Part shown: positions 12,062 to 24,227 of the stretch, in pieces
How the letters are laid out: each line of letters starts with the position of its first letter
Numbering within the stretch: position 1 is the stretch's first letter
NCBI GenBank assembly: GCA_964187785.1
Contig: OZ076409.1
Location: 89,530,001-89,594,000, forward strand
Direction: 5' to 3'
From: Amphiscolops sp. MND2022
Taxonomy: Eukaryota
Length of the DNA: 64,000 nucleotides
Made by a program: the position numbers and the translations under genes
Notes under the pieces: model-generated
Seen by the model: only the letters and a program-made list of their open reading frames with translations
The model's database searches: none
Told to the model about the DNA's origin: nothing

Positions 12062-12718
12062 ATACCAGAATCTACAGCCTCAGTATAAATTCAACAAACG
12101 AAATAAGTCAAGATTTTACTTTTGCTTTTAGGTTCGGATCAATGTTTTTCTCTGTCATAGTTGGTATTTAATAAATTTCGGTTTGTTTAAAAACTTGCTG
12201 ATTGCGCTATGTTGTATTCTAGTCTTGTAAAATAAAACAGTTTTCTAAAATAGTATCAAATGTATGATATCGTAACAAAACATAAAGTGATATAATAAAG
12301 TTTTATATCAATTGTCTATTGTTTGTAAATATGGCAGGTAATTGTCTATGACCGAAACTCGGTAGAGGTTAAATGTCTAGTCCGGTATTTGACAGTTGAA
12401 CCGTATAACATGTACAACATCGCAACGGCTCTTATACGGGTTTTTCAACAATGAAAACACCGTTTTCAGGGAGTCAATTTGTGTCTAGATCAAAATTGTC
12501 ATGTAGAACTATGCTACATCTGAAGTCATTGAGTTCTTCAGAGAAAAAATAGTAATTGACAAAAAGGACTCGCTTGCTTTAGTGATAACATTTGATACAC
12601 TTGATTACAAAACGTTATTACAAAAACTCAATTCATAGGGTCCCTTTCTTTTTTCGATAAATATCAATGACCGATCTCATTGCAAAAATGGTCAAACAAC
12701 GTTTTTGCGGACGATACC

Positions 12719-14499
12719 TGTCGCATGCTGCCTCCTGCGATTTTTATCTTTCTTATTGGACGTTGGGTCTACCGGACTACAGCAATATACTGTTTGCCAA
12801 TATGAACCAAAGGAGACTATAAGTCCGACCGGCTGCATCACAATTGATTACCCGGAGGAAGCCTACTTAGTTTGAACCACGTGGACACTCAGTCCACGTG
12901 ACTACAACAAAACTTTACCTAATCCACATGAAATTCATGATTATAATATGTAATTCTGTGCTTGTAGTACCAGAAAGTTGCTGTTGATTTGTAATATGAT
13001 AGATTAGCTGTTTGTAAAATTCATACGTAGCGTAAACAATTAGGGCGCAATTAGAAGTAAGTAAGGAAACTTGTTCAAATGAATTATACATCTAGCTCAA
13101 AGTACTTGCTGTACTGAAACCTTCAACCAATCAGAATGCAGTACTTATTTTACTGTAGCTGTGCGGACTGGTGGTCCGCTGTGGTGTAAATAGTACTTGA
13201 CTTCCACTAGTGCTGTATTAATATACTTTCACTGTAGACACGCGGACCGTGGGTCCGCTTTGGTATTATTTACTCTCGCCATTATGTTGATGTACACTGT
13301 GCTGTAGACAAGTGGACCGAAGGTCCGCTGTGGAGTTATTAGTTACAATAAGTATTTACAAATAAAGTGAAGTGATCACTTGTAATTTAAGCCCAATGTA
13401 GTGTTGTTTGTTAATATATTACCCATCAATTTGCCTGAATGTCATGTAATATTTGAATAATCATGCATTTCACATATACATTTTTATAATTATATATACA
13501 TATATACATATATTCGTGTTACTATTAAACCCAGACCTTGAGGCTAAGCCGCCTTTTCCTTTAAAGTTACTTTGATGCTATTTTTATCTGTAACAATCAA
13601 GTGACGTAATGTTGATGTCATCCCTTAGAACTATTTCTAGAATTCATTGCGTATTTATAATAACATGACACCCTAAATTCAGAGGGTCATGTAGTGTCAA
13701 GTATTTATACTCGGGACTTCCAGTCCAGGGGACAATTGATTTTGATGCGAAATACGATACACTTACATTGTTGATCTGCGATTAAATTTTACTTTCATAC
13801 TGTTGATTGGAATCACTTTGCAATTAATTAACTGTTGAAAATAGCAAGTTTCCTCTTGCCATCCACTAGAAAGCAAAAGGCCAAAGAAAGGCGTTCTAGG
13901 CAGTTGGACATCATGTCTGATATGGAAAATGTTGATATAATGTTAGGAAATTACACCAGGGATGATGAAGAGAATAACATTAGTGAAAATGAGATAAATT
14001 TGGACTCAGGGTCTAACAGGCCTCAGCAAAGTTCAAATGTGATTGGAAAAGATTTTAGATCCCTACTCAATACAAATAGTTGAGAAAACAGTGAAGCCAC
14101 AATTGAGACAACTAGATTGATCAATGAAGAAATTTCAAACCAAATGTTTAGGAGGCTTAATGAAATCAAAACCAGCCTAAATTCACAGATACAAAAATGC
14201 AATCACAGCTGCAATAGCTGATACAGTGCTTCCTTCTATACAAAATACACTGGAAATGCAGGGGAGAGCTAATTTTACCATGGCGGACCGAGGGTCCAAC
14301 GGGCTACATCCTAGCCCAAGGGCAGGTAATTCCACCATGGAAGACCGAAGGTCCAGTGGGCTACAACGGAACTCCGAAGAAAAAAATACGCAGAAAACAA
14401 GGGAAAATCGTCCCAAAACTTGTTTTACGTATGAAAATAGCAGACAAATGTCTAGACAGAGTTCAGAAGTCTCTCATTCAAGCGAACAAAATCACGACA
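12719..14499 (+). mobile_element. Duplicate copy of the 1,781-bp solo LTR
   Basis: Same termini and ATACC TSD at offset +2438. Confidence 0.85.
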
Positions 14500-15123
14500 A
14501 TACCAGAATCTACAGCCTCAGTATAAATTCAACAAACGAAATAAGTCAAGATTTTATTCAAGTCTGTAAATGATTCTGAGTAACGAATCAACAGAACCAC
14601 GCAATGTGTGTTGTTATTCCTCGCTACTGCCAAAAGCGAAGTTGTTGAGCGAATGGTTTTTAGCGAGAATCTACTTAAAATATTTCTTGATTTCTTGTAA
14701 GTATTTGGGTATTCAACTTGATATAATCAAGAAATTTATCCTGCCAGTTTTCTTACCTATTAAAGTTTTGTTATCGAATATGGTTTGGTCGATTATGGTA
14801 GTACGAAGAAATTCATGTTTTGAAAAAACAGAAACGATATCTGTTTCTGTCAACTTTCTTCTGAAATCGAAGTTTTGTTCAGCTGAAATAACTACAAACC
14901 CAAACTTTTTCCAGTCTCAAAATCTTAAAGATTGAAAATGTTGGAAACGTTTGAGATCAACTGAGATCAAGGTCACTTTTCGTATATCTAATAACTGACA
15001 ATAAAACAATGAATACAACAAAAGTCAAAAAGGCGAGTGATTTCTAAAGGCTGCCTCACACAGGACATTGATAAAACAAGACGCCCGGGATACTTTCCGT
15101 GACACGCTTATTGCAAAAAAGTA

Positions 15124-15210
15124 TGGCGAAGGAGAGGTTCGAACCCACGACCTACTGGCTGGGAAACAAAAAAATTCAAGCACCAGCCCGGTTTCGAGCC
15201 AAGGACCTCC
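15124..15210 (-). other. Two tRNA-derived 3'-half remnants (SINE/pseudo-tRNA)
   Basis: Minus strand GGTCGTGGGTTCGAACCTCTCCTTCGCCA has a B-box/T-arm and CCA; a second segment GGAGGTCCTTGGCTCGAAACCGGGCTGG is T-arm-like. No D-arm or complete acceptor stem. Confidence 0.55.
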
Positions 15211-15332
15211 AACCTCATTGAGTCACCATAATTGAAATAACTCAGTTGTAACTGTCGCTAGTGAACTAAGAAAATAGTCAAGTAACTAAGTGACGTGCAC
15301 TTCATGGAGTGGAGAAAGTGGAGTTTTGGCAG

Positions 15333-15503
15333 AATTTGTAAAAAACCCATCACAGATCATGATTTTCTTCCCCCATTTATGTGGGCGGAAAATTTAAAAA
15401 ACCCATCACAGATCATGATTTTCCTCCCCCATTTATGTGGGCGGAAAATTTAAAAAACGCATCACAGATCATGATTTTCCTCCCCCATTTATGTGGGCGG
15501 AAA
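15333..15503. repeat. 56-bp minisatellite, about 3 copies
   Basis: C(C/G)CATCACAGATCATGATTTTC..ATGTGGGCGGAAAAT at 15346, 15402 and 15458. Confidence 0.9.
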
Positions 15504-15859
15504 ATAACAAATACGAAAATGCACTGTGTGAGCGAAATCAATCAAATTGAGCTTCCCAGAGCTCATTCATTATCCGGGCAACAGACACAATCATCTACTG
15601 AAAAACTAAATTTTTCATACATTGCGGAGAAAACAGACGTTTCAATTTTCTTAAACTAGGAACTGTGTTATAAGTCAACATTGTGATCAGTTTCAATGGT
15701 TTCTCATGGCTGGAATCAGACGAATGAAAATGTTCGCTTCCTGTCCTCTTTTCGGTTTAAAGTTAAAAACTAGCTTGCTAAATGATCAACAATTTATTTG
15801 ATATCGTCATTATTCGGACAATTGAAAAAAAACTTCGTCCTCTTTTTCTTCTTTTTTTT

Positions 15860-17095
15860 TTCTTGTGGTCGCTCAGTTACTTGGACGCGTCTTGAAAAAA
15901 ATAAGAGAAATTCGGTGTCATGACAGAATACCAAGAGACAAAACAGCTATTGAGAAGATTTGACAGTCAATATACCAGAAGGATTCAATACCAGACCTCA
16001 TTTAATGTTACATATGATGACATATGAGACATTTGAGGTTCTCGCGAATGGAATGATTACTCGAACAGACGCGCAAGAGGCTCGAGTTGCAAGTTTTTTA
16101 CCAATCAAACGTGCGTCCGAAAGCAGAATAGAAATATTGGAAACATTAGCATTTTCCATAGCCTATATATTGCAAACCTTTTCACTCGTTTCGCTAATTG
16201 TTCAAAACCTTTTTAGTTGGCGCTTTTTCGGCAAAAAGTGCAGGTCGATTACAGTGGCAAGTCACTCGGAAGCATCCACTTTTATAAATTTTCAATGGAT
16301 TTTCCTAGAATTTCAAATAAATTTCATGAATGGAAAGACGGGGTCCCGGTTTTTGGCCCAGTGGTTAACACGGATTTCCAGGCCTGGTGGGGGTGCCTGA
16401 GAGGCAGGAGAAGACGAGTTCGAGACCCGCACCAAACCACGTTTTTCATGCTTGCAAAGGTAGACGAAGGACTGACCGAAGGGTTCTTTGGGTTTTCATG
16501 TACTATGCGCTTTCGATTTTTAAAAATCGTTTTTGATTTTTTTTTCGTTTTGCGATCACATAGATTCCTTAAACATTTTCAGGTCTATTCGACTCATCAA
16601 AGACATTGTTTTTTAGCACAAAATTTTTGAAAAGTTCGAAAACAAAAATTTTCATACAAGTTTAGGTTTTTCGAGGATTTTTTCTATTAGGTAAAATTGA
16701 CTTTCGAGTCCTTAAAGTGGAAGAAGCCCAGTGATTATGCTTTGAAAAAACAACAGGCTAGGCAAATTGATTGGAGATTTGATCCGTTTAACTACCTTTT
16801 TCTATTCTGTTTTCAGTAGCTAAAATACTTACAACAATAGCCTCTTGCTCGCTTGTTCTACTAATCGTTTTCTTCGCGAGTATCTCGTTTGTCTCATATG
16901 TAACATCATATCTGATATGTCTAATATTCCACGATGATGTGTAACATTTCAATGAAGTCTTGCATTGAATCCTTCTGGAATATTGACCGTCCAATCTTCT
17001 GAATGGCTATTTTGTCTTCTGGTATTCTCTCTTAACACCGAATTTCTCCATTTTTTCCGAACACTTTCAGATTACTGAGGGACCAGAAGAAAAAT
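15860..17095. repeat. Diverged long inverted repeat (arms ~15860-16135 and ~16795-17095)
   Basis: GAGAAATTCGGTGT..CAGAAGGATTCAAT..ACATATGAGACA on the left aligns with the reverse complement of the right arm. Confidence 0.75.
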
Positions 17096-18719
17096 TGAAA
17101 CTGTTTAGATAAAACTGAGAACAAATGAAAAATTGAGCTTTTTGTTTTTTTTTCATGCAAATTGAAACCAAGTAGTAAGTCAAGTATTAAATATTCTAAA
17201 AAGCCACGTTGATTTGTACCATTCACACAAAATTGAATTGTGAGTCCTAATAGAAATATTGACTAAGTTAGTTTTTTAGCGCGGACATCGATGTAATTTG
17301 GAGGTGTGATAGCTCTGAAAACTTTTTGAAAACCCATGAACTGAATTACCTGGTATTTGTTAACAATTCTTATCAAGCAGAGTATAACGCACAAAACATT
17401 CATTCTTCGAAATCCTAATTCTTGTGAGCAACCCAGTACATAATATCTGGAAATTCTTGACAAAATCTTGCTTGTTCTTACGTATTCTCTTTACGTTTGG
17501 AACTCTTGATAATATGTCTTTGAAAGTCTTTAATCATGCTTCACACAAAGCTCTTAAATTTTTTGAACAAGGAATTCAAAACAACGAAGCAAGAACCCTG
17601 AGCTCATTAGCTTGTCAATCTTTCAAATGGTCACCGGTCAAGACTTTCTGAGTGTTTAAGCCATCCTCAGTTTAAGATATAACTACACAAGACCCCCGCT
17701 GACCAGCAGGATATTTTCCGTCCACATTGTTCTAACTCAGACATATTTTTAAGCCTCAAGAGTAGCCATTGCACTATGAAAACGCTTAGAAGTTTGATGA
17801 AACAAAATTTTTGACACTTTTTGATTAATGTCATCCCACTTCAGAAAGAAACACTTCAAGAACACACTGTACACATATTTGTTTTTTGTTGGCCTGTGTG
17901 GATACTAAAACCTAACCAATCATATTTTCATAACATTGCATGAGAAGTCACCGAAATTGTCAAATTTTGCAAACTTTTGATTTCTCCAAAACTTTGCGGT
18001 CATTCAAGGAACTTTTGTTTAAGAAACTGTCGATGTCTTTCTAAAAACGCCTATGGGATAATGGCTCCAGTTGTTCTTGAATTACAAAAGTGCTCAAAAG
18101 GTTTACAAGTCTGACAAACATTTCACATACAAAATTGTAAATTTCATTTTGCACTGACAAGGTACTTTAAATTAATTCGTTATGGTTACCATTTATAACA
18201 CTTTTATTCGATAAATATTCATAACATCGTTACAAATCAATAAACATATTTATCAAATCACGAACATAAATTATAACTAATGTTTAATTTCCAAGTTCTT
18301 TAAATCACGGGGTTCAATTTCCTTTTGCTCGACCAGTAGTTTTAAATGATATGCAGACTGAAAATAATGATTTGATATGCAGACTGAAACGAAAAGCACA
18401 CTACACGTGTTACTTTCCAAAGTGTTCACGTTGTGATTTTTGGTTCAGCTGTGTGTTGCATTTTGCATGTACACTTCAACACAGTGTTTGGGACTGGATT
18501 GGGTTGTTGAGAAGTGTGCCAGGTCCAAAGGTTACCACAATCGATAATGGGTTGGTACCACGGATAACTTGGGCAAATTAGACGGAAAATCAAATCACGG
18601 ATTCTCTTTCTACCTCAACAATGCAGAGAGATGTGTTTCATTTTTTCAACATTCAGCATGGCTATTTACAAAATTTATATTTTAAGAATAATACGAAATT
18701 TTGATATAAATTCTAATAA

Positions 18720-20740
18720 AAATTAACTATTTTGTCAAACAACTGTCAAAATTGTTTTCTTTTCAAAAGTTCGGGGTCAATTTGAGACTCCTTTCTAACG
18801 TAACACTGCAATTGACTTTCAAAAAGCCTACCGAATAACGCATTTGTTCGCTGTTGAACGCTTTCATTCTTCCAACGATGGAAACGTTTCAAAACATTCA
18901 GAACTTTGCATAAGAAATGTTGAAATTGGATTTTTTTCTTTTCCGAATCATCAGGGTCATTTGAGGTGATTTTGAAGCAGAATACTGCAACTCTCTTCGA
19001 ATAGCATACCGCCTAGCTAGTTTGTTCGCTTTTGAGTGTTTGAACTTCTTTGATGACAAAAAACTTCAAAAATTGCCCACAAACTGCAAGAAAAAACGAC
19101 AAACTGGAAATTTGGGTATTGATGTTTTTGGGTGAAACTGAGAATTATTTCCAATGACAACCTGCATTTTTTCAAAACGTTTGATGGACAAAAACTTCAA
19201 TTACTAATTGAATGTTTCAAAGTCTTGAATTACGAAATGTTTCAATTTTCTGAAAAAAAGGTTACACTTGTCAAAACATTTGAAAACTTTCGATTTTTTG
19301 GTTTTTTCGGGGTCTTTTCGAGGCTTTTTTTGAACTTGAAATGGTAATGTTTTACCTCGAAAACCACAACAGTTTCCTTTAAAAGGCATATTTTGATAAA
19401 TCGTTTGGAGCTTTAGGAGCACCTAGTTTACGAAAACGTTCACAAATCATCACTAAAATTGTCAAAAAAATGAAACTTTTGAAGATTTATACATTTTTGT
19501 TCATATTGAGACATTTCTGAAAACAAAAGAGCAAATACTTCCCACAAAAGACAACTGCATTTGTTGCTGAGGCAATCTGTTTTTCTAACCCTCGAAACGT
19601 ATCGTTTATCAGACTTTGCACAAAAACCTTCAAAAATTCACTTCTTTTACTTTCTCATGTGAAACATTGGAATTTTTTCATCAAAAAAGGAAAATACATA
19701 CCTGATTCTTTCGTCTTTTTTGGCTTGAACCTTCTAACCAACAAAAATTATCAAAAATTGTATTCAAATGAAAAAGCTACATAAACTGCAAATTTTTGAT
19801 CTTTTGGACACTTTGTGCGTTATATCAAAGCATATTTTTATCAGAAACCGGCATTTATCCCATTGAAAAACCTACTGGACAACGTATTCGGGTTTTGTTG
19901 AACAGTTTCAAAGTTCTAATTCATGAAAACGTCTAAACATTGCAGAAATTGCGTTGGAAAATCAAATGTCGTAAAAAACGTTTTTCAACTTTTAGGGATC
20001 ATGGTGGTTTTTTCTACAAAACTGCTTTTATCTCCCCTAACAACCCTTTTGGACAACACATTAATTCGTTGTTGAGTGTTTTCAACGTTCTGATTCATAA
20101 AAGTTTTTGGAAATTTTTAAAATATGCATAAAAACGGGAAGAATTGGTACATTTTGAAGTTTTTGTCTTTTTTGGTCACAATTTGAGCTTCTTTTCATTA
20201 ACGACTTTCTTTATTTTTTAACAGAAGCCTCCCGGACAACGATTTCTTTTTTGAAAATCTTCATTATTCTGAGCCACTAAGTTTTTCGAAAAAGAGACAA
20301 AAACAGCAAAAATTTTCAAAATCTGAATTTGTTGGGATTTTTGTCAAAAGCGGTCTGAAGTTGAGGCATTTTTCAGAACAAATTGCATTTCTTTCTTTTA
20401 AGAAGCCTCTTAGACAACGGATTTTTTCCTTGTTGAACGTGTTTACTCTTCTAAGCTAGCAAATGTATCAAAAATTTGACAAACTGCATAAAAACGTTGG
20501 AAATCTGATTTTTTTTACTTTTTTTCAAATTCGGTCTCAATTTGAGGCATTTGTTCATTGAAACATTGCATTTATTTCTTCGAAAAAGCCTCTTGGATAA
20601 CTGAACTTTTCCGTTTTGTACGTTTCCAACATTTTCAGCCACGAAATTCATCGAAAATTTGACACAAATTGCATACAAACTTTAAAAATCTGAAGTTTTA
20701 CAGTTTTTACTGTTTTTCTGGTCATTTTTGCGTCATCCTG
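18720..20740. repeat. Degenerate ~180-bp tandem satellite (an extra monomer at ~17960-18120)
   Basis: Recurring GGTC..TTGAG..TGCA..AAGCCT..GACAAC motif at ~18773, 18952, 19130, 19310, 19498, 20174, 20352, 20533 and 20719. Confidence 0.7.
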
Positions 20741-21241
20741 GGGTCTTTGGGGTCAACAAAAAAGTCTAAAAATCTCTACAAATACTTACCGCATGATACT
20801 AATTTTACGCCAGTTGAATTCTATGGGTTAAACCCTTTAGCTTGGATATAAATTTTGTGCTTGGGAAATTTTGTAAAAAAAACCGTTTGATTTAAATAGT
20901 TTCCTTTTCCATATGAAATATGGACTGAAAATAACAAGTTGACTTCTGTATCTGTTTTGTATTTTGAACATTTTTGGCAACCGAACAAAACTTTGTCTGT
21001 ACAGGTTATTCGATGAAGAACAAGTCAAAAAATAACGCTTCAAAATACTGCTCATTATTTGAATTGCTTCTCGGACAAGTCAATCACATCTTGATGACAG
21101 GAAGGTGAGTCAATCCTTTACCAACCTACGCTAGGGACCAGTTTGGGGGCTACTGAATCGAATCATTCTTTTTCACTGTGTGGTACTATTGTACTGTTTG
21201 TACCTAAACGGAACTACAATGTTCAGGGGTGAATATGCTTT

Positions 21242-21979
21242 CCCAGCGATCGAAGACACGCTACGCTTGCCAAGATCATGGTTAATCTTGCCAAAACATG
21301 ATTAACCATGGTACCCTTGTCAAGATCATGATTTATCTTGGCATCCTTACCAAGATATGGTAAAACATGGTACGCTTGGCACGATCTTGCATAATCATGG
21401 CATCCTGAATCAGCCGTTGTCATAACTTTGCACATAACCTTTATTTATCGAAAAAAGTTTTTTGAACTGAAAAGTTCACAACACTTCTCAATATTTTGCT
21501 GCACCTATTTACCGAACTTTGTTACTTGAGAGCACGGCATTGTTACTAATATCATAAATTGCCATACAAAGCAAACTCCGAATCAAGTTTTTGAAACTTG
21601 CGGGTTTGCGATATTGATGTGAAAACCAACTTTTTTAAGCTATGATTCGTTAATCTTGCTAATACCTCACCTATTGAGGTAACGTGTTGAAATTACAGAA
21701 GTTCGAGAATGCAATAGAGACCGGTGCAATAAAAATAAATAGAATTAGAAAACAAGAGTTACCAAAAAATGGATTTGCTACCATGGAACCCTTGTCAAGA
21801 ACATGGTTAATCTTGGCATCCTTACCAAGATCATGGTAAAACATGGTACGCTTGGCACGATCCTGCATAATCATGGTATCCTTGGCAAGATCTTGATAAG
21901 ATCATGGTTAGATCTTGGCAAGGCTAGCTAGAGATTTACCATGGTTCTTGGCCAGCGTACCATTTCTTCGATCGCTGGG
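21242..21979. mobile_element. Non-autonomous TIR element (CCCAG...CTGGG) with internal CCATG/CTTGGCAAG repeats
   Basis: TIR CCCAGCGATCGAAGA (21242) / TCTTCGATCGCTGGG (ends 21979), extending imperfectly inward. The unrelated middle (~21415-21780) may be a secondary insert. No clear TSD. Confidence 0.7.
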
Positions 21980-21989
21980 TTATTTCTCT

Positions 21990-22500
21990 ACTGCGTTCAA
22001 TATTCCGACATGTCTTGGCGTCATAGTTCGGTATGATACGCCCAAAGGAGTTAATCAATCCGATAAAAGCTTCAATTTTACGACATTCTTCATTGATTGC
22101 ATTTGGAGACGTGTTTAAAGAATGTGATTTATCCAGTTTTACACCTACCGACGATACCTCAAAGATCACGACCGTTATAGTTGTGGAAAAGGATACCCAG
22201 TGGTCTTGTTTCACAGTGGAGATTTATTGGAGACGCTTGTTAAAAATTGCCCTTACCCGTTCCTCACAATTGCGGCTTATAATTTCGGTTTGTTCTGTGT
22301 GCTCGTTCGTTAAGTCTTTAGGCGAGCGTAGCGTAAGCGGAGCAAAGATTTTTGTTGAAGTGATACGCACTGAAGTTGGAACGAACTGACTGGTTTTTCC
22401 ATCTTACTGTCTGAAAGTGTGAAATGTATCTCCGTTGTTTTCCTTCGAACCATTATATCTCATTAATCGAAGCGTTTTACTTTTTTGAAAAAAATTCACA
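21990..22500 (-). pseudogene. Highly decayed Gypsy-like RT fragment
   Basis: KIEAFIGLINSFGRIIPNY resembles the LTR-RT thumb motif (LxxFLGLVNYYxxFIPN). Confidence 0.4.
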
Positions 22501-22877
22501 ATGTCGCAATTGGTGTGAGTTTTGGTTGTCTTCAGAATTTTTTTCGATAGTTATTTTTTGCGACGGAAACACGAAAATGACATTTTCAGTGGGCAATTTT
22601 TGGTGTTAGTCAAATTAGGGCCTTTAACCTTAGCCAATTAGCGTGAAAATTTTAAGGATTGAAGAAACACGAAGCCCTGCGAAATTCCATGTATTTTGTG
22701 TCGTGAAAAAAATCCGTTACGAAAAAATGGGTCATTAATTTTCGGGCCAAACTAGCGAAATTAAAGCTTCAATCAATAAGGCATCTGTTTGCATGGGGAG
22801 TTACGAGAAGCAAAACGCCAAGAATTGATGCAAGTATTCTTTTTATTAGTGTCTCCAAACAAGTTTCTGGTACGGAG

Positions 22878-24227
22878 CCCGGGTTTTCCGACCAGGTCGA
22901 TCATAATTTGACCATATTATGGCACCATATAAATCTTACAAATTTCCTTACTATGATCTTGCTATGATTGGCCTGGAATCATATATGGTCCAGAGCAGTG
23001 TTGTACATAATAACCAATCATTTAAATGATCATTTAAATGATCATATAAATACTAATATATATAAATCCAATTCATTTAAATGAAAATCATTTAAATGAT
23101 TAATATAAATGAAAAAAAGGTTTTCATTTAAATGATTTTTACCCTTTACCTCGACAAAACAAATTCCGGTGAAAAACAAAATAGTAATTTGAGTCGAAAC
23201 AAAATCAAATTGAATTGCTTTGCAAGCGAGCAGCAAATCAAATTGTAACTACCAATCATTTCAATTGCCATTTAGCTCCAACTGGACCGGGCAATTTCCG
23301 GATCCATCCAAAAATCTGGTGTTTAAACTTTAAACCACAATATCTACATGCTAAGCTGTTTATAGGGTTACCATTTAAATGAATCATATAAATATTGTTT
23401 ATATGATTTCCATATTTTCAATCGTATTTTGACAGTTTATATGCACAACACTGGTCCAGAGTATGATCGGCCTGGAATCATATATGATCCAGAGTATGAT
23501 TAGCCTGGAATCATAAATTATTGTTCCAAACGCGGGTTAACGCGACATGCAACCCAAAAAAAACTTTTCAAATATTGAGAACAGCCAGCTTTATAGGCCG
23601 AGGCCAATAGAGCCACATTCGACCTTTTGTATCTGCGAACGATACATTGCAGGTCAGAACTCCGTTAAGCTCTAAGCGGAGTTAAAGACAAACTATAGTC
23701 ACTCAATTTGTTCTCAGCCACTCCTCTGTTAATAACTAACTCTTTTGTTATAGCAGTACCCACCTTGCAGAGTGATTTTCGATTATTTCGAGAAAAATTA
23801 CCAATAATTCAGCAAAAGCTGCCAAAGATTGTGTTGATTGCTACCTTGTTTTCAATTTGGTGATTGTATTGGATCTTTGGTCGAGGAACATCTTGTAATT
23901 TCATCAGTGTATGCGTTAATTGACTACATTATCCTAATTTTCTTTTTATGGCTCCAGGCTGACCATACTCTGGGCCATAAAGGTTTATGGTTCCAGGCTG
24001 ATCATAGACTGAACCATATATGGCCCAGAATATGGTCAGACTGGAACCATAAACTTTGCTTTTTTTATGGAACATGGCGTATCATAGACTGGACCATATA
24101 TGTCCAGAGTATGGTCAGCCTGGAACCATAAACCTTTATGGCCCAGAGTATGATCAGCCTGGAATCATACTGTGAGTATGATGGCAGAGTATGATTCACC
24201 TGTTTTTGTATGGGAGGGAAACCCGGG
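22878..24227. mobile_element. Composite non-autonomous element with CCCGGG termini and ~31-bp internal repeats
   Basis: CCCGGGTTTTCC ... GGAAACCCGGG; repeated CCAGAGTATGATCAGCCTGGAATCATA units in both orientations; possible AG TSD. Confidence 0.55.
22996..23453. mobile_element. hAT-type MITE (458 bp) nested in the CCCGGG element
   Basis: TIR CAGTGTTGTACATA / TATGCACAACACTG; perfect 8-bp TSD GTCCAGAG (22988-22995, 23454-23461); internal CATTTAAATG palindromic repeats. Confidence 0.9.

Larger units (their letters stand above)
9681..14556. repeat. Head-to-tail tandem duplication, unit 2,438 bp (9681-12118 / 12119-14556)
   Basis: Near-identical sequence at a constant offset of 2438 (e.g. ORFs 11397/13835); about 7 SNPs seen by eye; junction AGATTTTA|CTTTTGC. 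Confidence 0.95.

Noticed and set aside
10281..14499. Full-length LTR element with two 1.78-kb LTRs
   Set aside because: Each copy has its own ATACC TSD and identical flanks; the pair results from the 2,438-bp duplication.
15124..15210. Functional tRNA gene
   Set aside because: Only T-arm/3' halves; no D-arm and no complete cloverleaf.
17170..17900. Possible very old LINE remnant on the minus strand
   Set aside because: Only vague motif echoes; insufficient evidence.
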